Shown here in pieces: positions 59,305 through 64,000 of a DNA stretch of 64,000 bases. This DNA comes from Podarcis vaucheri (taxonomy: Eukaryota). The notes beneath the pieces are model-generated. The model had not been told where the DNA came from and did no database searches. It worked only from the letters and a program-made list of their open reading frames with translations. How positions within the stretch are numbered: position 1 is the stretch's first letter; the number at the start of each line of letters is the position of its first letter. The stretch lies in NCBI GenBank assembly GCA_965113315.1, contig OZ220379.1. The stretch is one strand, 5' to 3'. A program made the position numbers and the translations under genes.

Positions 59305-59546
59305 GAAGAGTTTGGATTTGATATCCCACTTTATCACTACCTGAAGGAGTCTCAAAGCGGCTAACATTCTCCTTTCCCTTCCTCTCCCACAACAAACACT
59401 CTGTGAGGTGAGTGGGCCTGAGAGACTTCAGAGAAGTGTGACTAGCCCAAGGTCACCCAGCAGCTGCATGTGGAGGAGCGGAGACGCGAACCCGGTTCAC
59501 CAGTTTATGAGTCTACCGCTCTTAACCACTACACCACACTGGCTCT
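59305..59546 (-). mobile_element. tRNA-derived CORE-type SINE (Squam3-like)
   Basis: Near-identical to 5090-5338. Confidence 0.75.
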
Positions 59547-59581
59547 CCAATTCCACTGGAATTGGTCTCATGCCTCCAAAA

Positions 59582-59717
59582 CAGGCATAGGCAAACTCCG
59601 GCCCTCCAGATGTTTGGGACTACAATTCCCATCATCCCTAGCTAACAGGACCAGTAGTCAGCGATGATGGGAATTGTAGTCCCAAACATCTGGAGGGCCG
59701 GAGTTTGCCTATGTCTG
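59582..59717. mobile_element. Fold-back hAT MITE (near-perfect hairpin)
   Basis: Inverted arms of about 55 bp; perfect 8-bp TSD CTCCAAAA. Confidence 0.88.
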
Positions 59718-60380
59718 CTCCAAAACAACCTGCCCATGCTGCCCTTCCCTCTTCTGTTCAACAATAAAAGGCATAGGAGCCTAGTTTTCATTTGAAGGTG
59801 GCCACTTTGCAAGCAACCCTGTTTGGCTTCTAGAACTTCTGCTCCAGATTTCAGGGCCAGCTTTCCCCCTCTTAATATCCGAAATGAGGTGTGTGCAGAT
59901 GAGGCAGATGGGTTAATGCTCCCCCCGCCAGGGCAAACAAGCAGTCACATGAGCCTGTCGCCTAATGCAGTTCTCCGGTCCAGCGGAGCACAGAAGAGGT
60001 TATCGCCCTCCGCATCAAAACACTGTCCCCATCCAGCTCCTTGGGTGTAAGCTCATTCCCAAGAGTGGGCGTGAAGACCCCCAGGCAAGAAGGAGCCAGT
60101 GAAGGGAAGAAGCAAATTGGAATGAAAGATCCTAATCGGCCTGCTTGCTAATCGGTGCCCAAGACTTGGCTCCTCGCAAAGGAGGAGGGGATTAGGCCAA
60201 GGAAAGACCTTTTCCACTTGCAGGGCAGGACTTGGGCAGAGAAGGGCATGGAGGACAAAGGAAGGGCAGGCAGAGAATTGCAGAGTTGGAAGGGATTAAA
60301 TCATCTAGTCCAACCCCTTGCAACCCAGCGCTGGGACAAAAGGGATCGTAGAAAAATCACAGGCAAAGCTATTCTGTGAC

Positions 60381-60719
60381 TAAAGATAAAGGAAAAGGAG
60401 CCCTGGATGGTTGAGTCCAGTCAAAGGCGACTATGGGGTTGCGGCGCTCATCTGGCTTTCAGGCCGAGGGAGCTGGCTAAACCACTTCTGGCGCAACGGG
60501 ACACCATGACGGAAACCAGAGCGTACGGAAACACCATTTACCTTCCCGCTGCAGCAGTACCTATTTATCTACTTGTACTGGTGTGTTTTCAAACTGCTAG
60601 GTTGGCAGGAGCTGGGACAGAGCAACGAGAGCTCACCCCGTCATGGGGATTCGAACCGCCGACCTTCTAATAAGCAATTCCAATAGGCTCAATGGTTTAG
60701 ACCACAGCGCCACCCGTAT
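60381..60719 (-). mobile_element. Sauria SINE
   Basis: Reverse-complement match to the family. Confidence 0.8.
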
Positions 60720-60953
60720 CTCTGTAAACTTCATCTGTGACTACAGGTTTACAGGACAGGTTTAAGAGCCTCCCTAAATCCAGGAAAGGAATGTTCTGAT
60801 GAACAGGGCAAGCCAGAGGTAGCAGCGCCTGGTTCCTTTGTAAAACTGGGATGGCGGAGGAGCAGGTGGACTCCACTCCACAATGCAGGCATTATTTGAT
60901 TCGAGTCCCCAGTGCAAATACCCAGTCGGGTACTGTCCACATGATCTTCCCCT

Positions 60954-61143
60954 CAGTGGCGTAGCGTGGGGGGTGCAGGGGGGGGCGGCCGTACCGGGCG
61001 CAACATCTGGGGGTTAGGGTTAGGGGGCGCAAATCCACGGGTTAGGGGGCGCAAATCCATGGGTTAGGGGCACAAATCCACGGGCTAGGGAGCACAAATT
61101 ACTTGCCTTGCCCCGGGTGCTGACAACCCACGCTACGCCACTG
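60954..61143 (+). mobile_element. hAT MITE with TTAGGG-containing minisatellite (4 units)
   Basis: TIR CAGTGGCGTAGCGTGGG / CCCACGCTACGCCACTG; perfect TSD CTTCCCCT. Confidence 0.88.
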
Positions 61144-62647
61144 CTTCCCCTGCTTTTTGAGTGGGAAGAATCACCCACAGTGGGCTTCCATGTGGCTTTT
61201 GTATCATTCCTCCACATCATGCTGTCGCAGCTGAATGTACAAACCCAGGCCCCAGCAAGGAACTGTTGTCAGTCAGAAAAAAGCAGAAGTTGTGTATTGT
61301 CAGGAGGGATGATAGTGCGGACATGCTTAGAATTCCCCCAGCGAAAGAAATTAGAATAGCCGAAGCAGAGGAACCTTCAGTGAGTTGCCCTGAGGCTGCG
61401 AAATGAGCTGCCAAAACAGATACAATCTCTGTCAGTCTCTTTAACACACTCGAAAAATGTATTTGCTTTTAACCTTTATAAATTGCCTTTCGGCTGATTG
61501 TATCCAAGACAGTAGAGAACAGCAGCGTGAAAACAGCTTGATAGTTTAAAATGGCAGCATGTCAGAACAATTCGTTAGAATAAATATTGCAACCGGATGA
61601 AAATCTGTAAATGGAAAGGTTAGTGTTCACCAGATGCTTGGAAATGCACAGAGTAGGGCACAGGTGGGCTTTTTATTTTTATTTTAAAGGGGAGCCTGTT
61701 TGTTGAGATGGTTTTGGAGATGTCTACTTTCTACCCAAATGGATCAAGCGTGCAACCTTAGTGGCTGGGGCAACCCAGTTAGATGGGTGGGGTGTAAAAT
61801 TATTATTATTATTATTATTAGATAGTACACCCCTGTTTTCATAGGAGAAATGTTGGCGTGTATGCAGGAGTGGCCTGGGGTAGGGAAAGGAACACAGACA
61901 TGGGCCGCTGCTGAAAATGTAATGATTTGTAGCGATTCGGCTGTTTTCTGCAATTGCCACCAACCTTACCACAACGTTCTGGAAAAATGTACAGCACAGA
62001 TAACTGGGAGTGGTGAGAGGTGCTGCCCCGCAGCACTGCGGCCGTTCTCATGTCACTGAGTACACTGCGAGGTCTCTGCGGTCATTCTTCCTGAGGCAGG
62101 CAGTCCCTCACATTTCTGCGTCTTGCTTATTACTATTATCAAGGTGTTACACACACTGTACTGCCAGAATCTATTTTTAATACCTGACCTGTGCATTCTA
62201 AGCCTTGCCAAACAGGCTGACTATTCCTTGTCTCGAGCAGAGAGCTTCGCTCCCTCCAGGCCATTGCAACATTAATGCTCTTCTTGGAGGAGGTTTGCGT
62301 CGCAGTTTAGTTGCCAAGTTTCCCTTATTTTATGCCAGAGATTACCACCTTGTATGTCCTCAGCAAAAACTCTAATCTGCATAAAACCGTTGGGGGGCTA
62401 AGAGTAATCAAGTTCTGCAAATTAGGTTGGAGTCTACGGGCAGTAAGGGGTTCTGGAGCACACAGATACATGCACAAAATCCACACAAGAGCTGTAACAC
62501 TGAAGCATAGACTATCTCTGTTTCCTAGTGTTCAGCTCTTCCCTATTAGGGAAATCACAGGCCAAGGCTTTACAACACATTGATTATAATTGACAGAACC
62601 TCCAAGAACCAGATGAATTCACTTCAGGGCTGGATCTCACCTGTAAG

Positions 62648-62814
62648 CAGTGGTGTAGTGTGGGGGGTGCAGGGGGGGCCGGCCGCACCGGGCGCAACAT
62701 CTGGGGTTAGGGTTAGGGGGCGCAAATCCACATGTTAGGGGGCGCAAATCCACGGGTTAGGAGGCGCAAATTACTTGCCTTGCCCGGGTGCTGACAACCC
62801 ACGCTACGCCACTG
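62648..62814 (+). mobile_element. hAT MITE with TTAGGG-containing minisatellite (3 units)
   Basis: Same family as 60954; perfect TSD CCTGTAAG. Confidence 0.88.
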
Positions 62815-63158
62815 CCTGTAAGCAGTGCTCTTCCTCCCCGCTCCCCAAAAAGTGCTGGGATTCTGCCCTTGTTGTTTTATAATGGCAATGGCCCCCACCT
62901 GAGAGGTGCCTTAACTGAGTTCTGGCAAGTTCCAGATGAAACCCCCCCCCCCCGGTAGAATGCCCCTTGTTTGTTCTGTGGGATTTCTGGAGTTATGCAA
63001 CCCCCGAGCCAAGGAGATAAGTAACTATACAGCCTTTAGAAAACATCTGAAGGCAGCCCTGTAGAGGGAAGTTTTTAAACGTTTAATGTTTTATTATGTT
63101 TTTATGTGTGTTGGAAGCCTCCCAGAGTGGCTGGGGCCACCCAGTCAGATGAGTGGGC

Positions 63159-63198
<40 letters not shown>
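63159..63198. repeat. (AAT)n microsatellite (L2-type tail)
   Basis: Seen directly. Confidence 0.9.
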
Positions 63199-63199
<1 letters not shown>

Positions 63200-63658
63200 G
63201 ACTTCCACATTTTCATTAGAAGCCCGATTCATTCTCACTCGCTCTCTTTCACTTACATGCACACAATTGGCCTGTCAGTATGATGTCAAGATTTATTTGT
63301 TCTACTGTACCTTTTCTGTTTTGTTCTAGTCCTGGCCCTCACCCCCCAACCCCCCTTTCGCTGTTTCTACATCCAAATTGGCTTTTACTGCTAGCTGATT
63401 CAAATGTTATTATGCAGCTTGACCATCCATGAGGTCTTCAATTTCTTCTGGCCTCAGATTAACATTGAGATGGTTATAATGGCCCCTGAAGGAGAAAGTA
63501 CTTGGCAATGCCGCCGCCTCCAAAACACTAATGTATGAAATCAACAAGAAATCACATCTGAGACCTCTCTCCTCGGCTGATGTGTGGTCGTTAATAGATA
63601 TTGAACTGGCAAAAGTGTACAAAATACGCTCCATATTTCTTCTAAATACCCTCTAGTC

Positions 63659-63903
63659 CAGGGGTCAGCAACCTTTTTCAGCAGGGGGCCGGTCCACTGT
63701 CCCTCAGACCTTGTGGGGGGCCGGACTATATTTTGAAAAAAATAATGAATTCCTATACCCCACAAATAACCAGAGATGCATTTTAAATAAAAGGACACAT
63801 TCTACTCATGTAAAAACACGCTGATTCCTGGACTGTCCACAGGCTGGATTTAGAAGGCGATTGGGCTGGATCCAGCCCCCGGGCCTTAGTTTGCCTACCC
63901 ATG
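63659..63903. mobile_element. hAT (Charlie-like) MITE
   Basis: CAGGGGTCAGCAA...TTGCCTACCCATG termini at a CTAG-type target; TSD degraded. Confidence 0.65.
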
Positions 63904-63919
63904 CCTAGCCTAAGACATA

Positions 63920-64000
63920 TATAAAATATATAAAAGGATGTCACATGGAGGAGGGAGAAAGGTTGTTTTCTGCTGCTCCAGAGAAGCGTACACGGAGCAA
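63920..64000 (+). mobile_element. CR1 fragment cut by the window end
   Basis: ggatgtcacatggaggagggagaaaggttgttttctgctgctccagag. Confidence 0.55.

Noticed and set aside
60954-61143. TTAGGG runs as a true telomere or fusion scar, or repeat-spacer pattern as CRISPR
   Set aside because: Only 2 tandem hexamers, inside a TIR/TSD-bounded MITE; the units have no unique spacers and the DNA is eukaryotic.
55800-64000. Expected 5' end of TRPV5/TRPV6
   Set aside because: No recognisable N-terminal or ankyrin-repeat exon found; it probably lies beyond the window.

Overview
Repeat-rich vertebrate genomic DNA, not prokaryotic. Sauria SINEs, BovB, CR1/L2 and SPIN point to a squamate, probably a lacertid lizard. 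Most ORFs in the supplied track are spurious or repeat-derived. Two spliced genes can be built by hand. (1) KEL (Kell M13 zinc endopeptidase) on the + strand: 17 coding exons from 28853 to 50717, all with GT-AG introns and matching phases, give 716 codons plus stop, with HELLH, ENAAD, DPHSP-LR and a C-terminal CHIW. A candidate start exon (MRTPQQ) lies at 26371. (2) A compact two-exon gene on the - strand (54967-54880 + 53776-53592, 90 aa), tail-to-tail with KEL; its diagnostic second exon is absent from the ORF track. It has a signal peptide and closely resembles LLCFC1/SOF1, the sperm-egg fusion factor that lies next to KEL in mammals. This is the most exciting item. The lizard Kell also has Arg where human Kell has the XK-linking Cys72, and VHSYY in place of the M13 VNAYY motif. 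The rest is transposon debris: a SPIN hAT element with an intact TSD, a DIRS/Ngaro remnant, gypsy remnants and solo LTRs, many Tc1/mariner-type and hAT MITEs (one family carries a TTAGGG-containing minisatellite), SINEs, LINEs and microsatellites. All homology calls come from recalled sequences and were not checked by database search.
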